A program made the translations under genes and the position numbers. A stretch of 64,000 nucleotides of DNA from a virus (taxonomy: Duplodnaviria > Caudoviricetes). This document shows, piece after piece, positions 29,867-39,261 of this stretch (position 1 is the first letter of the stretch; every line of letters begins with the position of its first letter). The DNA is taken from IMG/VR virus record IMGVR_UViG_3300025437_000009, one strand, 5' to 3'. The notes beneath the pieces were generated by a model that was given only the letters and a program-made list of their open reading frames with translations, had not been told where the DNA came from and ran no database searches.

Positions 29867-30930
29867 CTGTTTGCTATAATCTCTTCAATTTGAATTTTTA
29901 CTTGTGCTATTTCTTTATTATACAGTAAAGGTAGGGACTTTGTAAAGTGATTATGGTTGTGTTCTAGCACAGGAAGCATTTCCTGATAAACAGAATTTAT
30001 CTTTTCTGGGGACCAAGTACTCATGTCTAATATAACACGAAGCATGGCTTCAAATCGTTGACGTCCGACTAGTTTATCGTAACTTTGATCTATCCACTGT
30101 TCAAAAGTTTGAAATCCCATGTCTCTCAACGCATCAAAACTATAAGGATTGCTGTGTAATAAAAAAGGTTGATAAAACAAAATTGGTTTAAACGTTTTCT
30201 CAGTAAAAAATGGAAACTTGTCAAGACTATGTGTTTCTGTAACAATAGAACAAAAACAATCTTCGTAGTATTTGCTGTTACCTATGCCCCAATCGTTATA
30301 ATCAAAATTGTCTACTAATCCAGTGGTCAGTGGAAGTAATTTTTTAGATTCTTTGAAGTCTATTTTATCTGCATACCAAACATTGCCATATTCGCCGGCT
30401 GAAAAATCCTGATCTATTTCGTCCAGTGACTGATACGGTGTACGTTCATAATCTCCAATGTAACTAAAATAGGCCTTATTTCTTAGATTAAAGTTTTCAA
30501 AAAAATAAAATAGACCCTGTCGAAACCATGTTGCACGATTGTTTAAAGATAAAAAATGTAAGAATTTGTTACTATTTTTTATAGCATCAAAATTGACATT
30601 TTTGTATACCATATTATGAGTATAATAGGAGTTAGCGTATTTTAGATTTATAAAACTTGCAGAATTTTTAAATTTATCTTTTAATACAGATGAAATTTCA
30701 TGCGATAATAAAAAAATATAATAATTGCTATAGTCACGAGACAGCATATTTTCAATTTGGTCGTCTCTCAGCAGTTCCCCAATTTGGGAATATAAAATAA
30801 TTTTATTTTTTAATTGAGAAAAATCTCTGTTTGATTCGTTTATTTCCCCGTGATATGTAGTTGATACTACTACGTTATCATTTGCTAAATTTACCAATTC
30901 TTGATAGGAGTTGGTTTTAAGGAAATTCAT
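29863..30930 (-). CDS. Putative glycosyltransferase (TEKxxKP family), AT-rich
   Basis: FLSLNNR, IVTETH..FFTEKTFKPI, GF.TF..WIDQSYD, HN.NHF. Confidence 0.6.
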   Translation of the reverse strand: MNFLKTNSYQELVNLANDNVVVSTTYHGEINESNRDFSQLKNKIILYSQIGELLRDDQIENMLSRDYSNYYIFLLSHEISSVLKDKFKNSASFINLKYANSYYTHNMVYKNVNFDAIKNSNKFLHFLSLNNRATWFRQGLFYFFENFNLRNKAYFSYIGDYERTPYQSLDEIDQDFSAGEYGNVWYADKIDFKESKKLLPLTTGLVDNFDYNDWGIGNSKYYEDCFCSIVTETHSLDKFPFFTEKTFKPILFYQPFLLHSNPYSFDALRDMGFQTFEQWIDQSYDKLVGRQRFEAMLRVILDMSTWSPEKINSVYQEMLPVLEHNHNHFTKSLPLLYNKEIAQVKIQIEEIIANR

Positions 30931-31838
30931 ACTGCCATTTCTGCTTGGATTGGTGGATGGCTAGTATATCCCTCTAACTTAATATCAGCCATGGTAAACT
31001 TGGTAATATCAGTAATGTCTGGATTTAATAGAAGCTGTGGAGCAGGTAATGGTTCACGGTTTAATTGTTCTTTTACCTGCTCTACATGATTAAGGTATAT
31101 GTGTGCGTCACCGAGGACATGAACGAACTCTCCTACATCTAATTCACACACCTGCGCAACGAGGTGTGTTAGCAAACTATAGCTTGCGATGTTAAATGGT
31201 ACACCTAAAAACATGTCACAACTACGTTGATACATCTGACAACTTAACTTACCGTCTTTACTTACATAAAACTGTGCAAATGCATGGCATGGCGGCAAAG
31301 CCATTTGATCTAGTTCTCCCGGATTCCATGCAGTTAATATATGTCTGCGTCCAAAGGGATCTCGACGAATGCCGTCAATCAAGGTTCTAAGTTGATCAGT
31401 TTCGACTTCCTGCATACCGCCCTGGATAGTAAAGTAACTGCCAGCATCGTTTTTAATACTACCGGCCTTGACATGCTGACTACTTCGCCAGTGGCGCCAC
31501 TGTACTCCATATACACGTCCTAGATCGCCTTCGTACTGTGCATGTGGTTTCCAGTAGGGTGCTTGAGCATTGGGAGTCCAAATAGTTGTAACCCCATCTC
31601 TAGTACCATGGGTAATTTCAGCTAGTCGGCGTTCATCTCCTGAGCCTTCGATCATCCATAGTAGCTCGCCCATACAGGCCTTCCATGCTAATCGTTTAGT
31701 AGTTACTGCGGGGAATGATTCGGTTAGGTTGTAGCGTTGTTGCATACCGAATAGGCTAATAGTGCCTACTCCGGTACGATCATCACGTTGTTCGCCTTGT
31801 TCAAGGACTTGTTTTAATGCGTTTAAATATTGATTCAT
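30927..31838 (-). CDS. thyA: Thymidylate synthase
   Basis: DRTGVGT, GRVYGVQWR, MALPPCH, YQRSCDMFLGVPFNIASY, GDAHIY. Confidence 0.97.
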   Translation of the reverse strand: MNQYLNALKQVLEQGEQRDDRTGVGTISLFGMQQRYNLTESFPAVTTKRLAWKACMGELLWMIEGSGDERRLAEITHGTRDGVTTIWTPNAQAPYWKPHAQYEGDLGRVYGVQWRHWRSSQHVKAGSIKNDAGSYFTIQGGMQEVETDQLRTLIDGIRRDPFGRRHILTAWNPGELDQMALPPCHAFAQFYVSKDGKLSCQMYQRSCDMFLGVPFNIASYSLLTHLVAQVCELDVGEFVHVLGDAHIYLNHVEQVKEQLNREPLPAPQLLLNPDITDITKFTMADIKLEGYTSHPPIQAEMAV

Positions 31839-32307
31839 AGACCGTAAATGTTGATTGAAAATCTCGGCTAACAGATGCTCTAATAGGACTGAAGCCGGTA
31901 AGGAATTCTTTTACATGTATCCTAGTATCTACTTTATACGATCCCTTGATGTGTGTCAAGTATATCCTGTCCAATACTGGTTTAGCTTCTTCTAATATAG
32001 CAGGACCACCAATAACAAATATGGTTTTATCTGAATGCTGGGATTCAATTTCTAATAGTTTATCTACAATGTTGCCACTAAATGGCATGGCGTATCTAAC
32101 AGGTCGATGTGTGGCTACATATACTGTACGGTTGGGTAAGGGTTTGGGCATTTTACTATCTTCCCAAGTACGTCGTCCGCAGACAACTACATGTCCTGTA
32201 GTTAAGTCTTTAAACTGCTGTAAGTCTTCAGAGTTATGAGGCCACGGCAATGAGCCGTTAAACCCCATACCGCCGTTGAAGTCAACGGCAAATATGGCAT
32301 TAATCAT
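31801..32307 (-). CDS. folA: Dihydrofolate reductase
   Basis: GMGFNGSLPW..SEDLQQFK.LT..VVCGRRTWE..PLPNR, VIGGP; adjacent to thyA. Confidence 0.93.
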   Translation of the reverse strand: MINAIFAVDFNGGMGFNGSLPWPHNSEDLQQFKDLTTGHVVVCGRRTWEDSKMPKPLPNRTVYVATHRPVRYAMPFSGNIVDKLLEIESQHSDKTIFVIGGPAILEEAKPVLDRIYLTHIKGSYKVDTRIHVKEFLTGFSPIRASVSRDFQSTFTVYESIFKRIKTSP

Positions 32308-32651
32308 AAGTTTTTTAAAAGTTGATCTGTGAAAGGTTGTACTACTTTTGCTACGCTATCTACACTAATATGAAAATCTACATCTTCAATAACATCATCG
32401 AGAGCATGTAATTTTTCATTGATCAGTTGTTCTACATAATCTGGATCAGCACCTTCATCAATCATTTCTTTAATGTTGACATCGACACTGGTTCCATCTT
32501 TGAGATTAACTGTAATGTATAGTAACACACCAATGGGAACCTGCTCTTTGTTTACTTCTTTGAGCAACTTCTCCCATTGGTCTTTACGATTTAAATTAAG
32601 CCGCTTGCTTTTTGGCTGTCGTGGCTTTTTTGGCTCTTGTTGTTTTGACAT
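32304..32651 (-). CDS. Hypothetical protein
   Basis: ORF within the tightly packed - strand operon. Confidence 0.7.
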   Translation of the reverse strand: MSKQQEPKKPRQPKSKRLNLNRKDQWEKLLKEVNKEQVPIGVLLYITVNLKDGTSVDVNIKEMIDEGADPDYVEQLINEKLHALDDVIEDVDFHISVDSVAKVVQPFTDQLLKNL

Positions 32652-33315
32652 TTTTTGCAGGTGTTAGTGATTGTGCTTCTTCTGTCAATCGTTTAGCTTC
32701 AGCTAACAATTGAGCGGCTTGTTTTTGCATTTGATCAGCTTGGTCTAAACGTTGCTGTGCTAAATCTGCATCACTTAATACACCTTCACTTGGAATGTTG
32801 CCCTTTAAGTATGCCGCAGCACTTGCAGTAGCATCAACATCAATGTTAGTGCGACTTACGCTAGTGTTGTTTGGAGGCATACCAACTTCACGGCCTTCAC
32901 GTACACGCTTTTTAGGAGCCATACCTGCTTGCTTGTCAATTTCGGCTAGACGGTCAACAGCTTCTTGACCTTTGTCCATTTCGTCGAGAATATTATTTAA
33001 TTCATCTAAACGAACTGACGATTTCATAGTTGGAGTGATTAAAACTTGGCTTGTTGGAACCTTCTTAATCATACCTTCTTTGTGTAATACTTCAAGAGCA
33101 TTACGGCCATCGGACATAGTAGTACGGAACAGCACGTCGGAGAACTCCTTGGCGTTTTGTCCAATCGGGCTTTCTAGAGCCTTCATCACTTCGTCGTGAA
33201 TCAAGCGTGGTAGTGTGTCACTGTATAACAATAGTGCCATATGATCTTCATTAGGCACTTTGCGCCACAATAACACAATCTTTTTACCATTGTGTTTACC
33301 AACGTGTTTAATCAT
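32596..33315 (-). CDS. Hypothetical protein with coiled-coil and Lys/Ala-rich C-terminus
   Basis: 239 aa ORF with an AAGGA RBS. Confidence 0.75.
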   Translation of the reverse strand: MIKHVGKHNGKKIVLLWRKVPNEDHMALLLYSDTLPRLIHDEVMKALESPIGQNAKEFSDVLFRTTMSDGRNALEVLHKEGMIKKVPTSQVLITPTMKSSVRLDELNNILDEMDKGQEAVDRLAEIDKQAGMAPKKRVREGREVGMPPNNTSVSRTNIDVDATASAAAYLKGNIPSEGVLSDADLAQQRLDQADQMQKQAAQLLAEAKRLTEEAQSLTPAKNVKTTRAKKATTAKKQAA

Positions 33316-33327
33316 TTTGATTTTTCC

Positions 33328-33585
33328 TTATTGTGCAGCTGGGGCATCTGTTGTGCCTGCTGTTTGATCAGCTGTGGAAGCTGGTTGTAGTGCTCCACTA
33401 GCTTGGAGGAAGGTCACTAGACGATTGTATAATCCGCCCACTGCTTCCATCTCTTCTGCTTTAATGGCACCGCGTTGACTGGCAAGTTGTACAACCTGCG
33501 CTGCGAGCATTAAGTCTTGTAATTGTAACTGTACAGCGGGAGCCGCTTCAGTTGCTGGTGTATCTACTGTTGTTTGTTCTGACAT
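33328..33585 (-). CDS. Hypothetical protein
   Basis: GGAG RBS; preceded by TAAATA inside a hairpin loop. Confidence 0.75.
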   Translation of the reverse strand: MSEQTTVDTPATEAAPAVQLQLQDLMLAAQVVQLASQRGAIKAEEMEAVGGLYNRLVTFLQASGALQPASTADQTAGTTDAPAAQ

Positions 33586-33586
33586 A

Positions 33587-33633
33587 GTATCTCCGTAATA
33601 AACTATGCATATATTTACACTCTACGGAGATAC
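33587..33633 (-). promoter_or_regulatory. RBS-sequestering hairpin with a TAAATA promoter in its loop
   Basis: Perfect 11-bp inverted repeat GTATCTCCGTA/TACGGAGATAC; the 25-nt loop holds TAAATA (33612-33617); the 3' arm holds the GGAG RBS of the 33585 gene. Confidence 0.75.
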
Positions 33634-33644
33634 CGAAAATTTTT

Positions 33645-33938
33645 TTACCAACCAAAATCTTGCTTGTTGATTTGATCCAAAATTAGGGCAAACATACTGG
33701 CTTCACCTGGTAATTCAAAAGCGGCTCTTTTATTTAATTGTACAGTATTATCGGCAGGATTTTTGTAGTACCAATCACCAAACCAAAAACGACCACTGAG
33801 ATTAGTCCAAATCCAATCACTGACAACTTTTTGATTACATTTTAAATCAAAGTCTACTGGAGTAAAATGTGGTGGGCAATGTTCAAGCTCTCGGAGCCCA
33901 AACACCGCCAGGGGATTCGCTTCACCATGCTTCAGCAT
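33645..33938 (-). CDS. Hypothetical protein
   Basis: Trp/Phe-rich ORF in the operon. Confidence 0.7.
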   Translation of the reverse strand: MLKHGEANPLAVFGLRELEHCPPHFTPVDFDLKCNQKVVSDWIWTNLSGRFWFGDWYYKNPADNTVQLNKRAAFELPGEASMFALILDQINKQDFGW

Positions 33939-34255
33939 TAGATAGCCTGTTGCTTGCTTTTAATTTGATCAATTACTTCTTGGCTGAGTTCACCTTCGAT
34001 AATCTTAAACTTAGCATCACCCTGTTCAATTTCTGGCAAGGTCAAACGATCTTTAAGTAATTCTTCAGCGTCGCGAGTAAAAGCATTAGTTACATCATAC
34101 TGTCGAGTGAACTGTGCAATTTCTGCAGCACGACTGATATCATCTAAACAGTTTTCGACTTTGAGTAATCTAATCTGTAATTGTAAGGCCAGTTCACGTA
34201 CTGCCTTGGGCTTCATTTTTGTTGGGTCTTGAAATTCCATTATTCTTCCGTCCAT
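33938..34255 (-). CDS. Hypothetical protein
   Basis: ORF with an overlapping junction; true start may be downstream. Confidence 0.65.
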   Translation of the reverse strand: MDGRIMEFQDPTKMKPKAVRELALQLQIRLLKVENCLDDISRAAEIAQFTRQYDVTNAFTRDAEELLKDRLTLPEIEQGDAKFKIIEGELSQEVIDQIKSKQQAI

Positions 34256-34470
34256 TCTGTGTAAACAAGTTTATAAGTGCCAAGTAAGCCAAACAACCAA
34301 GTACCAGTCTTAACCATTTTAAGTTGACGATGTCTTACTGTAGGCTTCCACGTATCTAAATTATAACGTACTTTTAGAAATTCGTCATCCGGTAATCGAG
34401 GCAACGGTTTCATCGCTTTAAGGTTTCCCACATTAACGTAGGATCGTTTTTGGGTACAGTGGCTACACAT
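34240..34470 (-). CDS. Hypothetical protein
   Basis: True start probably MKPLPRL (34413). Confidence 0.5.
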   Translation of the reverse strand: MCSHCTQKRSYVNVGNLKAMKPLPRLPDDEFLKVRYNLDTWKPTVRHRQLKMVKTGTWLFGLLGTYKLVYTEWTEE

Positions 34471-34649
34471 TCAATATAACCTTTCGCCAATGCCTGTTGA
34501 ATAGCTGTGGCTAAATTTCTTGGACAATCAGGGGTAATCAAAATGCCTGCTCGATTGGCTATAGTGAAGTCACCTTGTAGTTGAAAACTTGGATCACCTG
34601 ACTTTAGCGTGACCCAAGGTGTTTCGCTAACAGTAAATGTTATGGACAT
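34410..34649 (-). CDS. Hypothetical protein
   Basis: ORF in the operon. Confidence 0.65.
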   Translation of the reverse strand: MSITFTVSETPWVTLKSGDPSFQLQGDFTIANRAGILITPDCPRNLATAIQQALAKGYIECVATVPKNDPTLMWETLKR

Positions 34650-34801
34650 AATTTTACAATCTCTTCAGTACTACGACCAGACTTGGCCAGTTCTAATCTA
34701 CATTCTTTAGAACTTTTCATTGCTAGTCCGCCGGCCACAATCATAGAAACAATAACAAAGCCTATGCCCAAGAATAACCATTTTTCAAACTGTGTAATCA
34801 T
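34640..34801 (-). CDS. Small membrane protein (53 aa)
   Basis: MITQFEKWLFLGIGFVIVSMIVAGGLAM..., GAGG RBS; translated by hand. Confidence 0.6.
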   Translation of the reverse strand: MITQFEKWLFLGIGFVIVSMIVAGGLAMKSSKECRLELAKSGRSTEEIVKLCP

Positions 34802-34901
34802 TTTTAATCCTCACCTATTAGTTTAAGAATATGAATAACTACTACACACAATACAAAAGCAATAGCTATTATACAAAGTGCTTCGGCTATCCATTTTTCT
34901 A

Positions 34902-36161
34902 TCATTTATCGGCATCCTCGTAGTGTGCATAGATACCAAACTCTGGCTCTGCTGATTTGTTGCCTTTGATAATCCAAACAGTATCACAGTACTGTTCAAC
35001 TTCATCTGGGCTCCAACCAAAGAAACAAAAGTCAGTAAACATAATCAACTTCTTGGGTTCAATGCCATTGTCAATCAAGTAATTCCAAACACAATGTGGG
35101 TCTGTACCACCACCGCCACCTGGTTCAAAACTAGCAATATCTTCTAAGTTGTCTGAAGTAAATGTAGCTATATTGTGTACTTCAGTATCCCAGCCCATTA
35201 CAGTAATCTTATACTCATCGTAGGATTCCATAATACCTTGGATTTCACTTAAGAAAATCTTAAGATCGTTGTCAGTAATTGAGCCAGAAGTATCAATACC
35301 AATAACTACATCAATCTGCTCGCCGGGTTTCATACCAGGCATAACAGCATCCATATGCCACGATCTACGGCTAGGACGTGCCCAAGTAAAGTCTGATTTA
35401 ACAGTAGACTCGATCTGTTGTTGCAATAACTCACGCCAGTTCATGACAGGTTCAGTCAAATCTTTGATTAGACGTTTGACGCCGCCTGGTAAATTACCAG
35501 CACCACTGGCCTGTGCAGCCGCTAGTACAGCTTCACGAACTTCGTCACGTATTTCTTTCTTTTCTTGCTCAGAAAGTTTAGGGCGCCCATTACCACCCTT
35601 TTTGTCTCCGTCACCATCAGCATCATCACCTTCACCATCATCGCCATCTAAGTGTTCGTCCAATAGACGCTTCATTAGATCATCGATATTGATCTTGTCT
35701 GCGTTTTCGTACAAGTCATCATAGACTTCTTCTGCACTCATACCTTTGTATTTAGAATCGTATAGTGCAACGGGAATCTTATCACCAACACGTTGTTCTA
35801 CCAAGTCCCAATTTACACAATAGTCATCGGCAATGTTCCACAGTTTAGGATCACGATTGCCACGACGTCCCATATGATCATATACAGCATGTAGGACTTC
35901 ATGTCCAACTAAGAATTCTAACTGCTTCAATGGCATGTTATTAACAAATTCACTATTGTAGTAAAAACGACGACCATCTGTTGCGGCAGTAGGACACCAG
36001 TCATCTGCATTAATCAAATTCATACGGGTAGCTAAGTTACCAAAGAATGGAGCACGAAGCAATAAACCGATACGTGCAGTAACTAATTTTTCTTTAGCTG
36101 ACGCATCGATTTTGGGATCTGTTTCTGTTACTTTTTTAGATTTTTCTGCCAATGTAGTCAT
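34902..36161 (-). CDS. Zincin-like metallopeptidase plus vWA domain protein (DUF2201-like)
   Basis: TAATDG, HEVLH (HExxH), acidic linker, IDTSGSI (MIDAS), GGGGTD, FTD; start MTTLAEK after a GGAG RBS. Confidence 0.88.
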   Translation of the reverse strand: MTTLAEKSKKVTETDPKIDASAKEKLVTARIGLLLRAPFFGNLATRMNLINADDWCPTAATDGRRFYYNSEFVNNMPLKQLEFLVGHEVLHAVYDHMGRRGNRDPKLWNIADDYCVNWDLVEQRVGDKIPVALYDSKYKGMSAEEVYDDLYENADKINIDDLMKRLLDEHLDGDDGEGDDADGDGDKKGGNGRPKLSEQEKKEIRDEVREAVLAAAQASGAGNLPGGVKRLIKDLTEPVMNWRELLQQQIESTVKSDFTWARPSRRSWHMDAVMPGMKPGEQIDVVIGIDTSGSITDNDLKIFLSEIQGIMESYDEYKITVMGWDTEVHNIATFTSDNLEDIASFEPGGGGGTDPHCVWNYLIDNGIEPKKLIMFTDFCFFGWSPDEVEQYCDTVWIIKGNKSAEPEFGIYAHYEDADK

Positions 36162-36185
36162 ATAGAGCTCCTTTATCATACTTAT

Positions 36186-36230
36186 ATTATAGCATTTCGG
36201 CAATTATGTGTCTGTGGCTTTTTTGCAACA
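36186..36230 (-). promoter_or_regulatory. 45-bp conserved promoter module, copy 1
   Basis: TGTTGCAAAAAAGCCACAGACACATAATTGCCGAAATGCTATAAT upstream of the vWA gene. Confidence 0.7.
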
Positions 36231-36233
36231 CTC

Positions 36234-36677
36234 TTAGAAATTCAGCGTTAATAAGCCGTTGCAAACGTCTAGCATAACAGCATAGCGGCGTCGTTTGTAG
36301 TAATCACCGTTGCCTAAACTATAATCGTTGGTAACCCTGTGATCACGGACAGCACCGGTTTTATTGCTACGAACCCGATACACGTCCCACCCCTGTGCTT
36401 GAAAGGTATAACTACCACCAGCTGTCTTAATACGCCAGCGACTGTTTAGATAGTACTCACCTCGATCACGCCCAACGTTCAAGAATGTAAACGAGCTTTC
36501 AACCAAACTCTTATTACGCTTATATTCAGCACTAGCTTTGATACGGTCTAACTTACCACCGATACTGACAAGGTCCTTACCATCCAACCCCATGAGTTGG
36601 GCATACGCAACCAATTGGCGGACTTGTTCCTGTTTTTCTGCAGGAAATCTTTTAAATAGTAATTCTTCTTCTTCCAT
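36234..36677 (-). CDS. Hypothetical protein
   Basis: Probable start MEEEELL. Confidence 0.65.
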   Translation of the reverse strand: MEEEELLFKRFPAEKQEQVRQLVAYAQLMGLDGKDLVSIGGKLDRIKASAEYKRNKSLVESSFTFLNVGRDRGEYYLNSRWRIKTAGGSYTFQAQGWDVYRVRSNKTGAVRDHRVTNDYSLGNGDYYKRRRYAVMLDVCNGLLTLNF

Positions 36678-36678
36678 A

Positions 36679-36993
36679 TTACCCCCACTGTAACATAAAC
36701 GCACTTAGCGTTTCGTCATCTTTAAAATATAAACGCATTTCGTTGTACTCGGTATGCCAAGCCCAACGAGTTGTTGATTCCATACGACACTGACCTTCAT
36801 TGCCAGCTGGCTTTGCACGTATCACAATCCACTTGGTTTCGCAACCTGGCCCAAATGCGTCGTGACACCAATTACGCCATTCTTTAAACCGTTCTATCCT
36901 GGGCTCCTTGCCCCAAATATCAAACGTAACTTCTACATGATATTTCATAACAGTATAACAGGTATGACGCCGATCTAATTTAGTTACTTTCAT
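36679..36993 (-). CDS. Hypothetical protein
   Basis: Trp-rich ORF; the YFKD...F.L.W ending is of the same type as 33645..33938. Confidence 0.65.
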   Translation of the reverse strand: MKVTKLDRRHTCYTVMKYHVEVTFDIWGKEPRIERFKEWRNWCHDAFGPGCETKWIVIRAKPAGNEGQCRMESTTRWAWHTEYNEMRLYFKDDETLSAFMLQWG

Positions 36994-37750
36994 GATTTTT
37001 TATCATTCCTCGATTAAACATTTCGGGTAACAATATTTCATCTGTCCATTTTTCGCTACATGTTGGGCCTGGATGAAATAAATCATCGTGAAGCAAATTA
37101 TTTTTAAATGCATATTCAAACATAAAATCCATGGGCCTGTTTGGTATCCAAGGAATAGCACGAAGTTGTGCCAGTGTATTCTTGTCTACATATCCTTCAA
37201 ATTCGTGAGTAGTATCTCTCTTGGGAATATATGGCGGAAACAGCAGATTGGAATAAAAAGAAAAAACATAAGGTATATTTTTATCTTCTAGATATTTTTT
37301 AACTTCAAAAATTTTATCTGCAGATTCTTGCGCAACAATACTCTTATCAAATTTGGCAAATTTATTAACATTACTAATGCGTTGGTATTCAACTCCTCCG
37401 ATCAATGGTTGTATATTGCTGTTAATTATTTTTTGTTCTTTTCGATCTATACCGCTCCACATTACAATAACTATGCATTTTTCACGTTCGGCATTGTTAA
37501 ATGCATCAATTTGATACATAATGCTGTCGCCAATGAATTCGTTGCCGGCACCTGGGTAACTCCAATCCACGCAGTATTCGAATCCACATCGATCCAACAC
37601 AAATCCTGGCCAACTTGCACAAAAATCAGTCTGTAAAGTGTTGGCAGTAAAACTGCATCCACTGGTCAATAGTATGCCACGATCCACTGAATAATGTTGG
37701 GGGATACTGGGTGTCCATTTTAGAATTTTTGGTACCGGTAAAAACTTCAT
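36980..37750 (-). CDS. SGNH-fold protein (AT-rich)
   Basis: SGCSFTA, PGAGNEFI, MWSGIDR, DLFHP. Confidence 0.6.
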   Translation of the reverse strand: MKFLPVPKILKWTPSIPQHYSVDRGILLTSGCSFTANTLQTDFCASWPGFVLDRCGFEYCVDWSYPGAGNEFIGDSIMYQIDAFNNAEREKCIVIVMWSGIDRKEQKIINSNIQPLIGGVEYQRISNVNKFAKFDKSIVAQESADKIFEVKKYLEDKNIPYVFSFYSNLLFPPYIPKRDTTHEFEGYVDKNTLAQLRAIPWIPNRPMDFMFEYAFKNNLLHDDLFHPGPTCSEKWTDEILLPEMFNRGMIKNHESN

Positions 37751-37751
37751 G

Positions 37752-38021
37752 TTATTTGTATTTTCCTTCAATGTCTGAAGTACTTGATGCTTTATATTTG
37801 GATTCGGTTACTACTATTTTTTGAGCTTCGTCTTGGCACATGTCTTTACCATCTAACGAACGAGATATTTTGCAGTCCTTTCCGTTTATAGTACTTACAA
37901 CATGATCAGACATAGTCTTGCCTGTTGATTCGTTTACTCCTACACTAGCTACACCTGCTATAAACATAGGAACAGCACAACCTGGTAATAGCATTATAAC
38001 AAGTATTAGTATGTATTTCAT
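37752..38021 (-). CDS. Putative lipoprotein
   Basis: MKYILILVIMLLPGC signal with lipobox-like LPGC. Confidence 0.6.
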   Translation of the reverse strand: MKYILILVIMLLPGCAVPMFIAGVASVGVNESTGKTMSDHVVSTINGKDCKISRSLDGKDMCQDEAQKIVVTESKYKASSTSDIEGKYK

Positions 38022-38080
38022 GCTATAAAAAGGAGGACTTACGGGAAAGGAACCTGCCTCCATGACGCTAGCGAAACTGT

Positions 38081-39181
38081 TTACTTACCACCAGCAGCAA
38101 TAATATACTTGCCGTAACGCTTGTGGAACTCATCAAAGTTCTTCAGCTTACCTGGTACCAAGGGTAAGTTATAAGTAGTCAATGCAACACGAGCACCCAT
38201 AACAACCAACTCAGTGGTAAAATTATCCATCATAAAGCGGAAGAAGTTATCTGCCATACCATGCCATTCACCAATCTTGTCTTTACCAAGTTTAGCGTAT
38301 GCATCTTGTAATTCATAGCACATACTAACAGTCAAAGAATACATAGCTGATACTTCTTTGATCTTGAGTTCTTTGACCTTACCAGCCAATACTTCTGATG
38401 GGTTAGGCATTTGTCCAGCTACCTTGCGGTGTGCCATAAACTTAATACCAAGACCATCACCAATAGTACCTGAGATCAAGTCTGCCAATTCTGCATCTGT
38501 AGCATCTTCGTCATACAAGAATTCTGATACAAATGACCAAGAGCGTGGAGTAGCAAAACTACGGCTAGAGCTCTTGGGATTAAAGTCCATCAAGTCATTC
38601 TTAGCAAAGCCAATATAACCTACCACGTCCTTGTGGATACGATGCTTAACAGCCCACTCGTTCCAAGAGTCATAGTCAGAACGTACTTCTAAGTGTACGA
38701 AACGATTTGCTAAGGGCATTGGCATACGGAAACTTACACCTTTGTCTGACTCACGGTTACCAGCCGCAACAATCACAACATTCTTTGGCAAGTGATATTT
38801 GCCTAGTCTGCGATTGAGAACCAACTGATATGCAGCCGCTTGCACAGCAGGAGCTGCCACGTTCATTTCGTCTAAGAACAGGGTAATAACTGGGAATTCT
38901 TTAGCCATTTCTTCAGTTGGCAAATCCACTGGTTCGGCCCAGTCCATCTTACCAATGTCTTTGTTATAAAATGGAATACCACGTAAGTCTGTCGGCTCCA
39001 TTTGACCTAGACGTAAGTCAATCATAAGACCACCAAGTTCTTGGGTCAAATCTGCAACCAACTCACTCTTACCAACACCTGGAGGACCCCAGAGGAATAC
39101 AGGACGTTGAACTTTGAATGCACGTAGCAAACGACTACGAGCTTCTGATACTGTTACTGTACGATTTTCGCTAACTGCCAT
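38081..39181 (-). CDS. MoxR-like AAA+ ATPase
   Basis: GPPGVGKS (Walker A), LFLDEMN (Walker B), AAGNR, PLANRF, ATPRSW. Confidence 0.9.
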   Translation of the reverse strand: MAVSENRTVTVSEARSRLLRAFKVQRPVFLWGPPGVGKSELVADLTQELGGLMIDLRLGQMEPTDLRGIPFYNKDIGKMDWAEPVDLPTEEMAKEFPVITLFLDEMNVAAPAVQAAAYQLVLNRRLGKYHLPKNVVIVAAGNRESDKGVSFRMPMPLANRFVHLEVRSDYDSWNEWAVKHRIHKDVVGYIGFAKNDLMDFNPKSSSRSFATPRSWSFVSEFLYDEDATDAELADLISGTIGDGLGIKFMAHRKVAGQMPNPSEVLAGKVKELKIKEVSAMYSLTVSMCYELQDAYAKLGKDKIGEWHGMADNFFRFMMDNFTTELVVMGARVALTTYNLPLVPGKLKNFDEFHKRYGKYIIAAGGK

Positions 39182-39216
39182 TTTAGTTTCCTTTCAAAAT
39201 TAACTACTAAAAATAT

Positions 39217-39261
39217 ATTATACAATAATGACATTTATGTGTCTGTTGTTTATCTGCAACA
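39217..39261 (-). promoter_or_regulatory. 45-bp conserved promoter module, copy 2
   Basis: TGTTGCAGATAAACAACAGACACATAAATGTCATTATTGTATAAT; same length and spacing as copy 1. Confidence 0.7.

Noticed and set aside
38026-38062. GGAGG...CCTCC-TTTTT possible terminator after the AAA gene
   Set aside because: Only a 5-bp stem with a 20-nt loop; too weak to call.
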